From Candidatus Dormiibacterota bacterium (GTDB taxonomy: Bacteria; Chloroflexota; Dormibacteria; Aeolococcales; Bog-877): a stretch of 64,000 bases of DNA. A model generated the notes under the pieces. It saw only the letters and a list, made by a program, of their open reading frames with translations. It searched no databases and had not been told where the DNA came from. The position numbers were made by a program, and so were the translations under genes. Below are positions 19,009-30,718 of the stretch, one piece after another. Location of the stretch: NCBI GenBank assembly GCA_963701235.1, contig OY969577.1:2217951-2281950 (forward strand), written 5' to 3'. Each line of letters starts with the position of its first letter. Within the stretch, counting starts at the first letter, position 1.

Positions 19009-19853
19009 CTGATCGGCGGCGCTGGCGCTAGCCGTCTCAGGACGGTGATCGCCTCCTCTAGGGCCTGGGCATCGGAGGCGCTGGCGCGGATGACGACTCC
19101 ACCCGCGGTTTGGGGGTAGGAGCCGAAGCTCACCTCGGGGTGGGAGCTCTCCAACTCGACCAGCGCTGGGAAGAAGCTCGACTCGGGTACACCCTCGAAG
19201 CGCAACTCCAGGTAGTGGCGCGCACCGACCCCCTCGAGGTACCGGGGTTCGATCTCCTCATCGAAGACGGCCCGCAGCTCGGCCGGGACCCCGGGCAGGA
19301 CAAAGAGCCAGCGCGCCGAGCCGTCGCTGGGCAGCGCGATCGCCAGTGGAGGTGCCCCACCGACCGGGTTTCGGAGCACGGTGGCCCCCTGCGGAATCAA
19401 TGCCATCTTGAGGTTTCCGGGATTGGGCTCCGGGCTCTCCGACCGGCCCTCACGAAAGCGTCTGGCGACCCGATCGCGGATCCCAGCCAAGACGCCCTCG
19501 TCAACAACCAGCTCGACCCCGAGCATGCGCGCCACCCCGGCCATGGTCCGGTCGTCGGGAGTCGGCCCCAGGCCGCCGCAGCAGAAGACGCGATCTGCCT
19601 CCGCAGCAGCGGCACTGCCGAGCTCGGAGGCGATGGTCTCCACCCTGTCCGGTACCACCACGATCCTGGAGCAGGGGTAAGCGCTGCGGCTCAGGCGATG
19701 GGCGAGCCAGGACGAGTTGGTGTCGGACGTGTAGCCCGAGAGGAGTTCATCTCCCACGGCCACAATCCAGCTGTCATCGGACTTACTCACCCTTGCTGCC
19801 ACTCCCTGCACTCTGAGCCGCGGCCCAAGACCGCTGCGCTGGTGCCCAATCAT
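19005..19853 (-). CDS. CinA-like competence/damage-inducible protein, molybdopterin-binding (MoCF) domain
   Basis: IVAVGDELLSGYTSDTNSSWLAHRL signature. Confidence 0.6.
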   Translation of the reverse strand: MIGHQRSGLGPRLRVQGVAARVSKSDDSWIVAVGDELLSGYTSDTNSSWLAHRLSRSAYPCSRIVVVPDRVETIASELGSAAAAEADRVFCCGGLGPTPDDRTMAGVARMLGVELVVDEGVLAGIRDRVARRFREGRSESPEPNPGNLKMALIPQGATVLRNPVGGAPPLAIALPSDGSARWLFVLPGVPAELRAVFDEEIEPRYLEGVGARHYLELRFEGVPESSFFPALVELESSHPEVSFGSYPQTAGGVVIRASASDAQALEEAITVLRRLAPAPPIS

Positions 19854-20022
19854 CCACCGCGACGCGGTCCGGGGGCGCCCTCGGGTCAGTAGGACCGCCC
19901 GGGGCTCCTCCGCCGATATAATTCGGCGGCTCCGGTGAGCGCCAAAACGGGCGCCGGGAACCGGGGCCGCCTCAACTCTTTGTGATCACATGCCGCCGCG
20001 CGGCCGGAGGTCGACGCCCTCA

Positions 20023-22068
<2,046 letters not shown>

Positions 22069-22107
22069 GGCGGAGCGGGCACCGACCCCAGCTCCGGTAG
22101 CCATTAG

Positions 22108-22446
22108 ATGGAAGACACCGAGCGAGCGGAGTATCTCCAGGAGATTCGCGAGCTGCAGGCCAAGTTGGCTGAGCTCCAGGAGAACGAGTCAGAGCCGACG
22201 GTGATCGAGGAGTACGCCACCGAGGTCAAGATCCTGGTGGCGCTGCTGGAAGCGGCCCGAGAGCTCGAGGAGAAGGTCGCCGCCGAACCCGAACTGGGCG
22301 AGCGCCTGTTGGCGCGTGGCTTCAGGCCCGACCGCTTCCGCGACATCTACGCGTTCGTCTACGAGCAGGCGCTCGAGATTGACCGCACGGGAGTTGAGTT
22401 CGCGCAGGCTATTCGCGGCACCGACTTCGCGGCACTACTGGGTTGA
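22108..22446 (+). CDS. hypothetical acidic coiled-coil protein
   Basis: ORF with good codon periodicity, immediately after hppA. Confidence 0.4.
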   Translation: MEDTERAEYLQEIRELQAKLAELQENESEPTVIEEYATEVKILVALLEAARELEEKVAAEPELGERLLARGFRPDRFRDIYAFVYEQALEIDRTGVEFAQAIRGTDFAALLG

Positions 22447-22501
22447 CAGTCCACGGGTACGGGTCGGCGGCGACCCGGCTCGGGAAGTGAGGACGAGAGG
22501 C

Positions 22502-22999
22502 CTAGTTCGACCTTGCGCAGCCGGCGCAGATGCCGTGGCCCAACAGCTCCACCCGTTCCAGCTCGAAGCCCAGGGGCTTGGCCGCGGTGTCAACCCACTC
22601 CGGCACTTCCGGACAGCTGACGTCGAAGGTGCCACCGCAGCGGTCACAGACCAGGTGCTGGTGGGACTCGCTGCCGGCCATCACCGCCTCGTAGGAGTTG
22701 GCGTGGCCAAGCTGGATCTTTCGAGCTAGTCCCAGCTCGACCAGCAAGTCCAGGGTTCGGTAGACGGTGGTCCGCTGGAATCCCGGCAGCTTGCGGTCGA
22801 TGCTGGTGCAGAGGTCGTCCGCGGTGGCGTGCCCGGGGTGCTCGAGCAGGGCGCCGTAGACCAACCGCCGCTGCGGGGTCAGACGCTTGCCCTGCTCCCT
22901 GATCGACTCGAGTCCAGCCACCAGACCAATATACCTGTTGCGCACTATTGCAACAGGCGAACTCGAGGGCAGGACGCCGAACGGCTCAAGGGCCGCCAA
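22502..22999 (-). CDS. Fur-family metalloregulator (Fur/Zur/PerR type)
   Basis: TPQRRLVYGALLE DNA-binding helix, HxH...CxxC...CxxC metal sites (HQHLVCDRCG...CAGCA); start uncertain (track start is a TTG). Confidence 0.75.
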   Translation of the reverse strand: MAALEPFGVLPSSSPVAIVRNRYIGLVAGLESIREQGKRLTPQRRLVYGALLEHPGHATADDLCTSIDRKLPGFQRTTVYRTLDLLVELGLARKIQLGHANSYEAVMAGSESHQHLVCDRCGGTFDVSCPEVPEWVDTAAKPLGFELERVELLGHGICAGCARSN

Positions 23000-23025
23000 T
23001 CCTGCCCAGCTATGATCGAGGTCAA

Positions 23026-24138
23026 GTGTCCGCCATCCCCGAGACCAATGTCCTGGCAGCGCTCGAGGATGCGCTCGCCAGGGTCGAGGATCCAGAGCTG
23101 CATCGTCCTCTGATGCATCTGGGGATGCTCAAGAACATGCGTGTCGAGGGGGTGACCGCCAAGCTTCGGGTGATCCTGACCACCCCGGCGTGTCCCCTCA
23201 AGGACCGCATCCAGTCCGAGATCGACGCGGCCGTGATCGGCGTGGTGCCTGGCATCGAGAGGGTCGAGCTGGAGTGGGATGCGGACGTCAGCCGGACTCG
23301 CGGCGTGATCGGACGCCAGGACATCCCAGGAGTCCGGAACACGATCGCAGTTAGTGCCGGCAAGGGCGGAGTTGGCAAGACCACGGTCGCGGTCAACCTG
23401 GCCTTCGCTCTGCTGCGAACCGGCGCCCGGGTCGGCCTGCTCGACGCCGATATCTACGGGCCCAACGTCCCCATCATGCTGGGGCTCAGCGAACGGCCCT
23501 CGGCGGTCGACGGCCGGATGATCCCGCTGCAGAAGGGAGACCTGGAGGTCGTCTCGATCGGCACCTTGATCGATCCCGACCGCCCGGTGGTCTGGCGCGG
23601 CCCGATGCTGGCCGGAGCCCTAAAGCAGTTCCTCTTCGAGGTCAACTGGGGCGAGCTCGACTACCTCGTCTGCGACATGCCACCCGGGACCGGGGACGTG
23701 CAGTTGACGCTGGCCCAGTCCATTCCCCTCACCGGCGCGGTGATCGTCACCACGCCCCAGGATGTATCGCTGGCCGATGTCGGTCGAGGGATCGCCATGT
23801 TCGAACAACTGCGGGTGCCGATCCTGGGCATCGTCGAGAACATGAGCGGCTTTGCCTGCCCTCACTGCGGCGAGGTGACCGACATTTTCAGCCGCGGCGG
23901 TGGCCAGGAACTCGCGGAACGGCGCCACCTACCCTACCTGGGTGCGATCCCTCTCGATCCCGCCGTCCGGCTGGGCGGCGGCGAGGGCCAGCCTCTGGTC
24001 CTGGCTCAGCCCGATTCCCCTCAGGCGGTGATATTCGAACAGGTCGCCTCCGCCCTGGCCGGTCAGATCAGTCAGGTCAACTTCCAGGCCGTCGAGGCGC
24101 CGGAGATGCCTGCCGGTCCCCGCATCGTCCGGACCTGA
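23026..24138 (+). CDS. apbC: Mrp/ApbC/NBP35-family Fe-S cluster carrier ATPase with N-terminal DUF59/MIP18 domain
   Basis: SAGKGGVGKTTVAVNLA Walker A with the deviant-ATPase Lys pair, CPHCG Fe-S ligating motif; start at GTG 23026 or an upstream ATG overlapping the Fur gene. Confidence 0.8.
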   Translation: MSAIPETNVLAALEDALARVEDPELHRPLMHLGMLKNMRVEGVTAKLRVILTTPACPLKDRIQSEIDAAVIGVVPGIERVELEWDADVSRTRGVIGRQDIPGVRNTIAVSAGKGGVGKTTVAVNLAFALLRTGARVGLLDADIYGPNVPIMLGLSERPSAVDGRMIPLQKGDLEVVSIGTLIDPDRPVVWRGPMLAGALKQFLFEVNWGELDYLVCDMPPGTGDVQLTLAQSIPLTGAVIVTTPQDVSLADVGRGIAMFEQLRVPILGIVENMSGFACPHCGEVTDIFSRGGGQELAERRHLPYLGAIPLDPAVRLGGGEGQPLVLAQPDSPQAVIFEQVASALAGQISQVNFQAVEAPEMPAGPRIVRT

Positions 24139-24145
24139 GGGCAGG

Positions 24146-24661
24146 ATGGCCGGAAGCTTGCGGGGACCTCTGGTCGCTGTCTGCGGGCCGTCCGCGCCGA
24201 GGGATCAGGATTTGTCGGCGGCCCGGGAAGTCGGCGCTCTCCTCGCCGAGCGGGGCGCCACCTTGATCTGTGGGGGCCTAGGCGGAGCCATGGCGGCCGC
24301 TGCCGCCGGCGCCCGGGAGAATGGCGGCGTGGTGGTAGGATCCTCCCGGGCGACGACCCGGCCGAGGCCGGACCTGACGTAGAGATCGCACTCGCGACCG
24401 GCCTCGGGGAGATGCGTAACTGCCTGATCGCCCGTTCCGCCTCGGCAATGATTGCGATCGGCGGAGGGGTCGGAACACTGAGCGAGATCGCCCCTGGTCC
24501 TGGGCAAGCCGGTGGCGGGCATTGACACCTGGCAACTGCAGCCTCCTCGAGGAGCCGCAATTGCGGCCGCCGAAGTTCACCCGGCACAATCCGCCCAGGA
24601 AGCGGTGGACTGGGCTCTAGGCCAGGCTCGCGGCGCCGCCAGGTCGGGCGTGGCTGGATGA
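24146..24661 (+). pseudogene. TIGR00725/LOG-like Rossmann-fold nucleotide-binding protein, interrupted by two 1-nt frameshifts
   Basis: Frame 1 gives ...CGGLGGAMAAAAAGARENGGVVVG; frame 2 continues ILPGDDPAEAGPDVEIALATGLGEMRNCLIARSASAMIAIGGGVGTLSEIA; frame 3 continues LVLGKPVAGIDTWQL. Shift 1 is at a G-run near 24338; shift 2 is at a C-run near 24488. Confidence 0.6.
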
Positions 24662-24707
24662 GCGAGGACTGGGCACCTGGCCCCCTACCTCAGCGGAGAG
24701 TCCGCCG

Positions 24708-24806
24708 GTGAGTGTCGGCGTCTCCGCCTTGCTACTGCTCCTCGTGCTCGGCTTAGGGGTGGTGATGTTGCGGCGATTCATCAGTCAGCGCCGCCGACGG
24801 CGCTGA
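24708..24806 (+). CDS. possible 32-aa hydrophobic micro-protein VSVGVSALLLLLVLGLGVVMLRRFISQRRRRR
   Basis: GTG-initiated ORF with a single TM helix and a basic tail; weak SD (GGAGAG); speculative. Confidence 0.2.
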   Translation: MSVGVSALLLLLVLGLGVVMLRRFISQRRRRR

Positions 24807-24825
24807 GAACACCTATCTCGCTGGT

Positions 24826-26226
24826 CTAGGTTCGCAACTCGGGCATCGCCATGGCCGCGGCCTGACGGATCGCTGATCTGGCTTCGGCACTGTTTGTGTA
24901 GACCCGCAGCCAGATGGTGCGCATCGGCAGCAGGCGCGCCAAGAGCTCTGGCGCCGCCTCCACCTCGACCCGCCCCGAGATGGGATCGTAGAGCGCGAGG
25001 AGCTGACCGTCGGCGGCCGGGTTGTCGGGCCGGGGATCGGTGCTGGCCAGGTCCACCTCCATGGCGACCCCCCGGAACCGCTCAGGCAGCCGGGCTCGGA
25101 TCGCCGTCTCGATCTGCACCGGATCGCGCAGGCCGGGAGGGGTCTCGGGCTGGCTGAGCTCGCGGTAGGCCTCGAAGGCCAGCCGCCAGGGGAGCCTCCT
25201 GGTGGTGACCGCCTCCCAATGGTGTCCCAGCGCCCGCTCCTCCTCGTCTCGGGGCTCGCGCTGGAGTCGCTCCACCTCGGTCATGAGGGACCAATCTGTG
25301 AGTAGCAGGTATTGGTCCAAGTGGTCGAGGGGATTGCCAGGTGGCAGCAGCCGCTCGCAGGTTTGCGCAAAAACCGGGCGCAGATGAAGGTCAATCCGGC
25401 GCACGGTGCGGTGGAAGTAGACGTGGTTGTACATGTACAGACGCGCCGAGAGGAACATCTCCAGCGCGGGCGCTCCGTGCTGGTGCAGCACCAGACTGCC
25501 ATCCTTGATAAACATGTAGTGACGCAGCCGGGCCAGGTCGACCGGGCCCACCGCGACTCCGCACATGTAGGCATCGCGGGGGACGTAGTCCATGTTGTCG
25601 GTGCTGGCCGGACCGCAGAGCACCGGCTTGAGTGCACGCAGCCACAAGGGAGGCTCGAACCCCGGCAGCTCCCGCGGTGCCATCACCCAGGCCACCCACT
25701 CCGGGCGGACCACCTCACCCGGCTCGAAATCCCCCCCGGGGCTGCGGCGGAGAGCGGTGATCAGATCGGCCAGGGGCCCCAGCACCAGCTGACGGCCGAT
25801 GTCCTCGTGGTCAATTCCGTACTTGGCCAGAACCTGGCTGTCAAAAAAGTGACCGAAGGGTCCGTGACCGACATCATGCAGTAGTCCGGCGATCCTCATG
25901 GTCTCGACCACCAGGTTGCGCGATGGCGCATCCGGACAGCTCTGGATCAGGCTTGCGTAGAGATGTTCGGTGAAGCTGCCGGTGAGGTGCATCGCCCCCA
26001 CCGCATGCTGGAACCGGGAGTGCTCGGCGGTGTGGAACACCCACCAGGCGGACTGGAGCTGGTGAATGCGCCGCTGGCGTTGCAGCCAGGGATGGTCGAG
26101 GAGCGACTCCTCCGAACCGGCCCCGTCGCCTCGCTGCTTGGTGATGCTGCAGTACCGGTAGAGGGGATCGGCGAGCAGGTTGACCGCCTCGTACTGACTC
26201 TCGGGTGTCTCCATTTCGCTCGTCAT
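24826..26226 (-). CDS. HD-domain phosphohydrolase (dGTPase-like)
   Basis: VFHTAEHSRFQHAVG...LLHDVGHGPFGHFFD; start placed at the internal ATG (MTSEMETPE). Confidence 0.7.
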   Translation of the reverse strand: MTSEMETPESQYEAVNLLADPLYRYCSITKQRGDGAGSEESLLDHPWLQRQRRIHQLQSAWWVFHTAEHSRFQHAVGAMHLTGSFTEHLYASLIQSCPDAPSRNLVVETMRIAGLLHDVGHGPFGHFFDSQVLAKYGIDHEDIGRQLVLGPLADLITALRRSPGGDFEPGEVVRPEWVAWVMAPRELPGFEPPLWLRALKPVLCGPASTDNMDYVPRDAYMCGVAVGPVDLARLRHYMFIKDGSLVLHQHGAPALEMFLSARLYMYNHVYFHRTVRRIDLHLRPVFAQTCERLLPPGNPLDHLDQYLLLTDWSLMTEVERLQREPRDEEERALGHHWEAVTTRRLPWRLAFEAYRELSQPETPPGLRDPVQIETAIRARLPERFRGVAMEVDLASTDPRPDNPAADGQLLALYDPISGRVEVEAAPELLARLLPMRTIWLRVYTNSAEARSAIRQAAAMAMPELRT

Positions 26227-26358
26227 GTTAGGCGGGGCCCACCGGACTCGACCGCGCGCGACACAGCCTGGTAACAACTCACTCGCGGCCCGGACTCGCC
26301 GCACAAGTATTTGGTATGATCAAACCAAGCATTCGGCCAGCGCCGATGGAGGGATCTG

Positions 26359-28206
26359 ATGTCGAGAATTGGAGTCGTGGCCCCACGGCCGGCGACGCGG
26401 CGGCCGGTTGGGCCCCACTACAAGTGGATCGCGCTCTCCAACACCACCCTCGGCATCCTGATGGCGACGATCAACGCCTCGATCGTTCTCATCGCACTTC
26501 CCGACATCTTCCGGGGCATCCACCTCAACCCACTCACGCCCGGGAACACGCCGTACTTCCTGTGGTTGCTGATGGGGTACATGGTGGTCACGGCGGTGCT
26601 GGTGGTGACCCTGGGACGGATTGGCGACATGTTCGGCCGGGTGCGCATGTACAACCTGGGCTTCCTGGTCTTCACGGCGTTCTCGATCATGCTGTCACTG
26701 ACCTGGATGAGTGGCTCCGATGCTGCCCTCTACCTGATCGGAATGCGGGTGCTGCAGGGGGTCGGCGCCGCCCTGCTGTGGGCCAACTCTGCCGCCATAC
26801 TCACCGATGCCTTCCCCTCCAACCAGCGGGGCATGGCACTCGGGACCAACATGGTGGCGGCGATCGCCGGATCGTTTATCGGACTGGTCTTGGGTGGCGT
26901 GCTGGGTCCGATTGCATGGCAGTTGGTGTTCCTGGTATCGGTCCCAGTCGGACTCTTCGGCACCGTGTGGGCCTACTTCATGCTCAGGGACACCGGGCTC
27001 CGGCAACCCGCCCGAATCGACTGGTGGGGCAACGTCACCTTTGCCATCGGCCTGGTCGCACTGCTGGTCGGCATCACTTACGGCATCCTCCCCTACGGCA
27101 AGGCGAGCATGGGTTGGAGCAATCCTCTGGTGCTGGTGGGACTGTTTGGGGGAGTGGCATTCCTAGGTCTCTTCACCTTCATCGAGACGCGAGTGGCGGC
27201 GCCGATGTTCCACATCAATTTGTTCAAGATCCGGGCCTTCGCGGCGGGCAATGTGGCGGCGCTCCTGAGCGCCCTGGCGCGAGGAGGACTGATGTTCATC
27301 CTGATCATCTGGCTGCAGGGGATCTGGCTACCTCAGCACGGCTACAGCTTCGCCCAGACGCCGCTCTGGGCTGGCATATACATGCTCCCCCTGACCTTTG
27401 GATTCCTGATCGCGGGTCCAATCGCCGGCATCCTCTCGGACCGCCACGGCTCACGGATCTACGCCACCGTCGGGGTCTCGGTCTCGGCGTTGGTGTTCGC
27501 CCTCTTCCAGATACTTCCGGCCAACTTCAACTACATCTGGTTCGCAGCTCTGCTGGCCCTGTACGGCCTGTCCAGTGGCCTCTTCGCGTCGCCCAACCAG
27601 GCTGGAATCATGAACAGCCTGCCCCCCAATCAACGCGGCGCCGGGGCGGGGATGTCGGCGACGTTCCAGAACTCTGCCCAGGTCCTCTCGATCGGGATCT
27701 TCTTCACCCTGATCATCGTCGGGCTCTCGGCCAGCCTCCCCCACACGCTCTATCACGGCCTGGTCGTTGAAGGCGTTCCGGCCGCGACCGCCACCCGGAT
27801 CTCTCACTTGCCTGCGGTGGGCAGCCTCTTCGCGTCCTTCCTGGGCTTCAACCCGATCGCGTCACTGCTTGGTCCAGCCCTGGCCCACCTCAGTCCTGCC
27901 CATCAGGCGTATCTCACCGGCCGGGCCTTCTTCCCCCACCTGATCTCGGGCCCCTTCCTGAGCGGGCTCCACGCAGCCTTCGACTTCGCGTTTGCCGCCT
28001 GCGCCCTGGCGGCGGTCGCTAGCTGGCTGCGCGGCGGCAAGTACGTGCACCAGGAGGTGCTGCCGGTGGCACCTGATGTTGCGCCCGCCCTTCCCGTGGC
28101 CGAACGGCTTGCACCCCAGGTCGCGATGGGTGCAGTCTCGCGCAGCTCCCCGGTTGGGTCCGAGACGACGACCCGCGGCCAGCCCGGTCGGGCGCCGGGA
28201 CCGTGA
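26359..28206 (+). CDS. MFS transporter, DHA2 (EmrB/QacA) family, 14-TMS type
   Basis: LDxTIVxxALP-like motif (LSNTTLGILMATINASIVLIALPDI), motif A GRIGDMFGRVRMY, multi-TM. Confidence 0.8.
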   Translation: MSRIGVVAPRPATRRPVGPHYKWIALSNTTLGILMATINASIVLIALPDIFRGIHLNPLTPGNTPYFLWLLMGYMVVTAVLVVTLGRIGDMFGRVRMYNLGFLVFTAFSIMLSLTWMSGSDAALYLIGMRVLQGVGAALLWANSAAILTDAFPSNQRGMALGTNMVAAIAGSFIGLVLGGVLGPIAWQLVFLVSVPVGLFGTVWAYFMLRDTGLRQPARIDWWGNVTFAIGLVALLVGITYGILPYGKASMGWSNPLVLVGLFGGVAFLGLFTFIETRVAAPMFHINLFKIRAFAAGNVAALLSALARGGLMFILIIWLQGIWLPQHGYSFAQTPLWAGIYMLPLTFGFLIAGPIAGILSDRHGSRIYATVGVSVSALVFALFQILPANFNYIWFAALLALYGLSSGLFASPNQAGIMNSLPPNQRGAGAGMSATFQNSAQVLSIGIFFTLIIVGLSASLPHTLYHGLVVEGVPAATATRISHLPAVGSLFASFLGFNPIASLLGPALAHLSPAHQAYLTGRAFFPHLISGPFLSGLHAAFDFAFAACALAAVASWLRGGKYVHQEVLPVAPDVAPALPVAERLAPQVAMGAVSRSSPVGSETTTRGQPGRAPGP

Positions 28207-28721
28207 TGCAAACTCCAGCCCGTCCGCGATCCCGGTTGGTCCGGGCGCTCCCCCCGCCAGGGGAAGGACCATCCGCTGACCTGGAGCGAGCGATCACCGT
28301 GATCATGCGCTGGTCCAACAGTCGCGAGGTTGAGGCCGAGACGCTACGCCGGGCCCGCACCGACCTCTCGGTGGGGACTCTCTCTGTTCTGAGCCGGATC
28401 GCTGTCTGCGGTCCGGTTCACCCTTCCCAGCTGGCGACTCACTACGGCGTCGACAACTCCACCATCACCCCGAAGTTGCAACGGCTGGAACGAGCCGGCC
28501 TAATCTCAAGGGAGTCCGATCCCAGCGATGGGAGGGGAACTCTGGTCCGGATCACGGCCGCCGGCGAAAGACTCCGGCAGCGCATGCACGCTGCTCGGAG
28601 GGCGATGCTGGAGGAGCTCCTGGAAGCCTGGCCCAAGACCGAGACCGAGCGGGTGGCGGAAGCCATGACCTGGTTGGCAGAACGCCTGGAACTGCCGCCG
28701 GCGCCGGTCCCGCCGGGCTAG
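28203..28721 (+). CDS. MarR-family transcriptional regulator
   Basis: Winged-helix region (LSVLSRIAVCGPVHPSQLATHYGVDNSTITPKLQRLERAGLISRESDPSDGRGTLVRIT); ATGA overlap with the MFS gene. Confidence 0.75.
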   Translation: MMQTPARPRSRLVRALPPPGEGPSADLERAITVIMRWSNSREVEAETLRRARTDLSVGTLSVLSRIAVCGPVHPSQLATHYGVDNSTITPKLQRLERAGLISRESDPSDGRGTLVRITAAGERLRQRMHAARRAMLEELLEAWPKTETERVAEAMTWLAERLELPPAPVPPG

Positions 28722-29575
28722 CTGGGCCGGGAGAACTGCCTGATCGCGGTCCCCAGCATCAGCACGGCCGCCACCGCCACCAAGGCGAGCTCGAAGTAGA
28801 CGGGTAGGTGCCAGCTGCCCCAGCTCACCCCGGGGTTGAAGGTGCGGCCGATGACGGGGGGAATCTTGAGGAAGCTGAAGACCTCTTTGCGCAAGGGGTC
28901 GACCGCATACGAGAGCGGGTCCAGCTTGCTCAAAACCCCCAGCCAGGCTGGGAGTTTGGTGATCGGGAAGACAGCGCCGGAGAGAAAGAACATCGGCAGC
29001 ACGAACAGCTGCGTCACCACCTGGAACGACTGCACGTCGGAGATTCGCGCGGCCAGCATCACCCCGAAGGCGGTGAGCGCAAAGGCGGTCAGCATCATCT
29101 CCAGCAGCAGCACCAGCAGCATCACCGGGTTGTAAGGAACACCCACCAGTCCTGCCAGCGCCAGCATGATCGCGCCCTGAATGGTGGCGACCGTGGCACC
29201 GCCCAGGCACTTGCCCAGCACCAGAGTCCAGCGATGCACCGGGGCCACCAGCATCTCCCGGAGGAAGCCGAACTCGCGGTCCCAGACGATGGAGATGGCG
29301 GAAAAGATCGAGGTGAAGAGCACCGTCATGCCCAAGACCCCGGCGAACATAAAGGTGCGGAAATTGAAATGGGCCGCCGTCGGGATGATGGATGAGAGAC
29401 CGGTGCCGAGGATGAACAGAAACAGCACCGGCTGGGCCAGAGAGGTAAGGATTCGCAGGCGGTTGCGCCTGAAGCGTATGAGCTCGCGCTTCCACACCAC
29501 CCAGAGGGCGCGGATGTCATCGCTGGTGCGCCCACCAGCGACCCGCACCATCGGCACTTCCAATGTCGCCGCCAC
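28718..29575 (-). CDS. ABC-2 type transporter permease (DrrB-like)
   Basis: Six TM helices; immediately downstream of the ATPase gene. Confidence 0.7.
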   Translation of the reverse strand: MAATLEVPMVRVAGGRTSDDIRALWVVWKRELIRFRRNRLRILTSLAQPVLFLFILGTGLSSIIPTAAHFNFRTFMFAGVLGMTVLFTSIFSAISIVWDREFGFLREMLVAPVHRWTLVLGKCLGGATVATIQGAIMLALAGLVGVPYNPVMLLVLLLEMMLTAFALTAFGVMLAARISDVQSFQVVTQLFVLPMFFLSGAVFPITKLPAWLGVLSKLDPLSYAVDPLRKEVFSFLKIPPVIGRTFNPGVSWGSWHLPVYFELALVAVAAVLMLGTAIRQFSRPS

Positions 29576-29576
29576 C

Positions 29577-30608
29577 CTACCTTCTCCCCCGCGCCGACCG
29601 CATCCAGGGATTGGACCGTAGGCGGTCTCCGCTGGAGGCCTCGGCGTCCCGAATCGTCCGTCCGGTGTAGGTCATGAACACGTCGTCGAGGGTGGGCCTC
29701 GCGACCCTAACCGAGCGTATGGCGATGCCGAGTTCGGCGAACAGACGGGGCACGAACTCCTCGCCGAGGGGCACGTGGAAGGTGACCGCACCTTCACTCA
29801 TGGTGGCCTTGATCTGAAATTGCTCCTGCAACTTCTCGATGGCACGGGCGTCGTCGTCAGTGTGCAGTTCCACCCGGTCCTCGCCGATGCTCCCCTTGAG
29901 CGCCTCGGGGGTGTCGATCGCCACCAGCACGCCGTTGTCCATGATGGCGATGCGATCGCAGTACTCGGCCTCGTCCATGTAGTGAGTAGTGAGGAAGATG
30001 GTGATCCGCTCGCGGCGCTTGAGTTCACCGATGTATTGCCAGATATGGGAGCGAGTCTGAGGATCGAGACCCACCGTTGGCTCGTCGAGGAACAGAACGG
30101 TCGGGGAATGGAGGAGACCGCGGGCGATTTCCAGACGCCGCTTCATGCCGCCGGAGAACGTCTGCACCAGCCCGTCGCGACGCTCCCAGAGGTCCACCAT
30201 TTCCAGCACCTGCTGCATGCGAGTCGGCACGGTGGCCTTGGGCATTCCGTAAAGCTCGGCGTGAAAGCGGAGATTTTCCGTGGCGGTGAGGTAGTCGTCG
30301 AGGGTGGTGTCCTGGAAGACCAAGCCGATGTGTCGCCGCACCAGGGCCTGATCGGTGACCACGTCGAACCCGGCCACCCTGCCGCTGCCCGAGCTGGGAA
30401 GCACCAGGGTGCAGAGCATCGAGATGGTGGTGGACTTGCCGGCTCCGTTGGGGCCCAGGAAACCGAAGATCTCACCCGGGTCGACCGCGAAGCTGACACC
30501 CCGCACCGCCTGGATCTCCTTGTAGGACTTCTTCAGGTCGGTGGCGACGATCGCCGGCTCGGTCGCCCTCTCCTTGGTCGCGGGCGGGCGAATCTCGATC
30601 TGAGTCAC
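29577..30608 (-). CDS. ABC transporter ATP-binding protein (DrrA-like)
   Basis: GFLGPNGAGKSTT, LSGGMKRRL, LFLDEPTVGLD; start trimmed to GTG (VTQIEIRPP) because the long upstream extension lies antisense to the S53 gene. Confidence 0.8.
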   Translation of the reverse strand: MTQIEIRPPATKERATEPAIVATDLKKSYKEIQAVRGVSFAVDPGEIFGFLGPNGAGKSTTISMLCTLVLPSSGSGRVAGFDVVTDQALVRRHIGLVFQDTTLDDYLTATENLRFHAELYGMPKATVPTRMQQVLEMVDLWERRDGLVQTFSGGMKRRLEIARGLLHSPTVLFLDEPTVGLDPQTRSHIWQYIGELKRRERITIFLTTHYMDEAEYCDRIAIMDNGVLVAIDTPEALKGSIGEDRVELHTDDDARAIEKLQEQFQIKATMSEGAVTFHVPLGEEFVPRLFAELGIAIRSVRVARPTLDDVFMTYTGRTIRDAEASSGDRLRSNPWMRSARGRR

Positions 30609-30718
30609 GGCTTCAGCTTGCCACAATCCAGTCTGTCGTCGGATTCGCGGGCCAGTGGCAGCCGCCTCAAGTCCCAACCGCAGGTTGGCACTCCGCGCTG
30701 GGACGAACTTCGCCCCGC

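Noticed and set aside
24826-26304. Possible one-nucleotide coordinate inconsistency for the HD-domain gene start
   Set aside because: My line-based indexing put the GTG of the long ORF at 26305 rather than 26304, whereas neighbouring ORFs index consistently. This is most likely my counting slip rather than a sequence feature, so I used track coordinates.
26316-27770. 484-aa ORF overlapping the MFS transporter gene in another frame
   Set aside because: Pro/Arg/Gly-rich low-complexity translation typical of off-frame reading of GC-rich coding DNA. The MFS frame (26359-28206) carries real transporter motifs.
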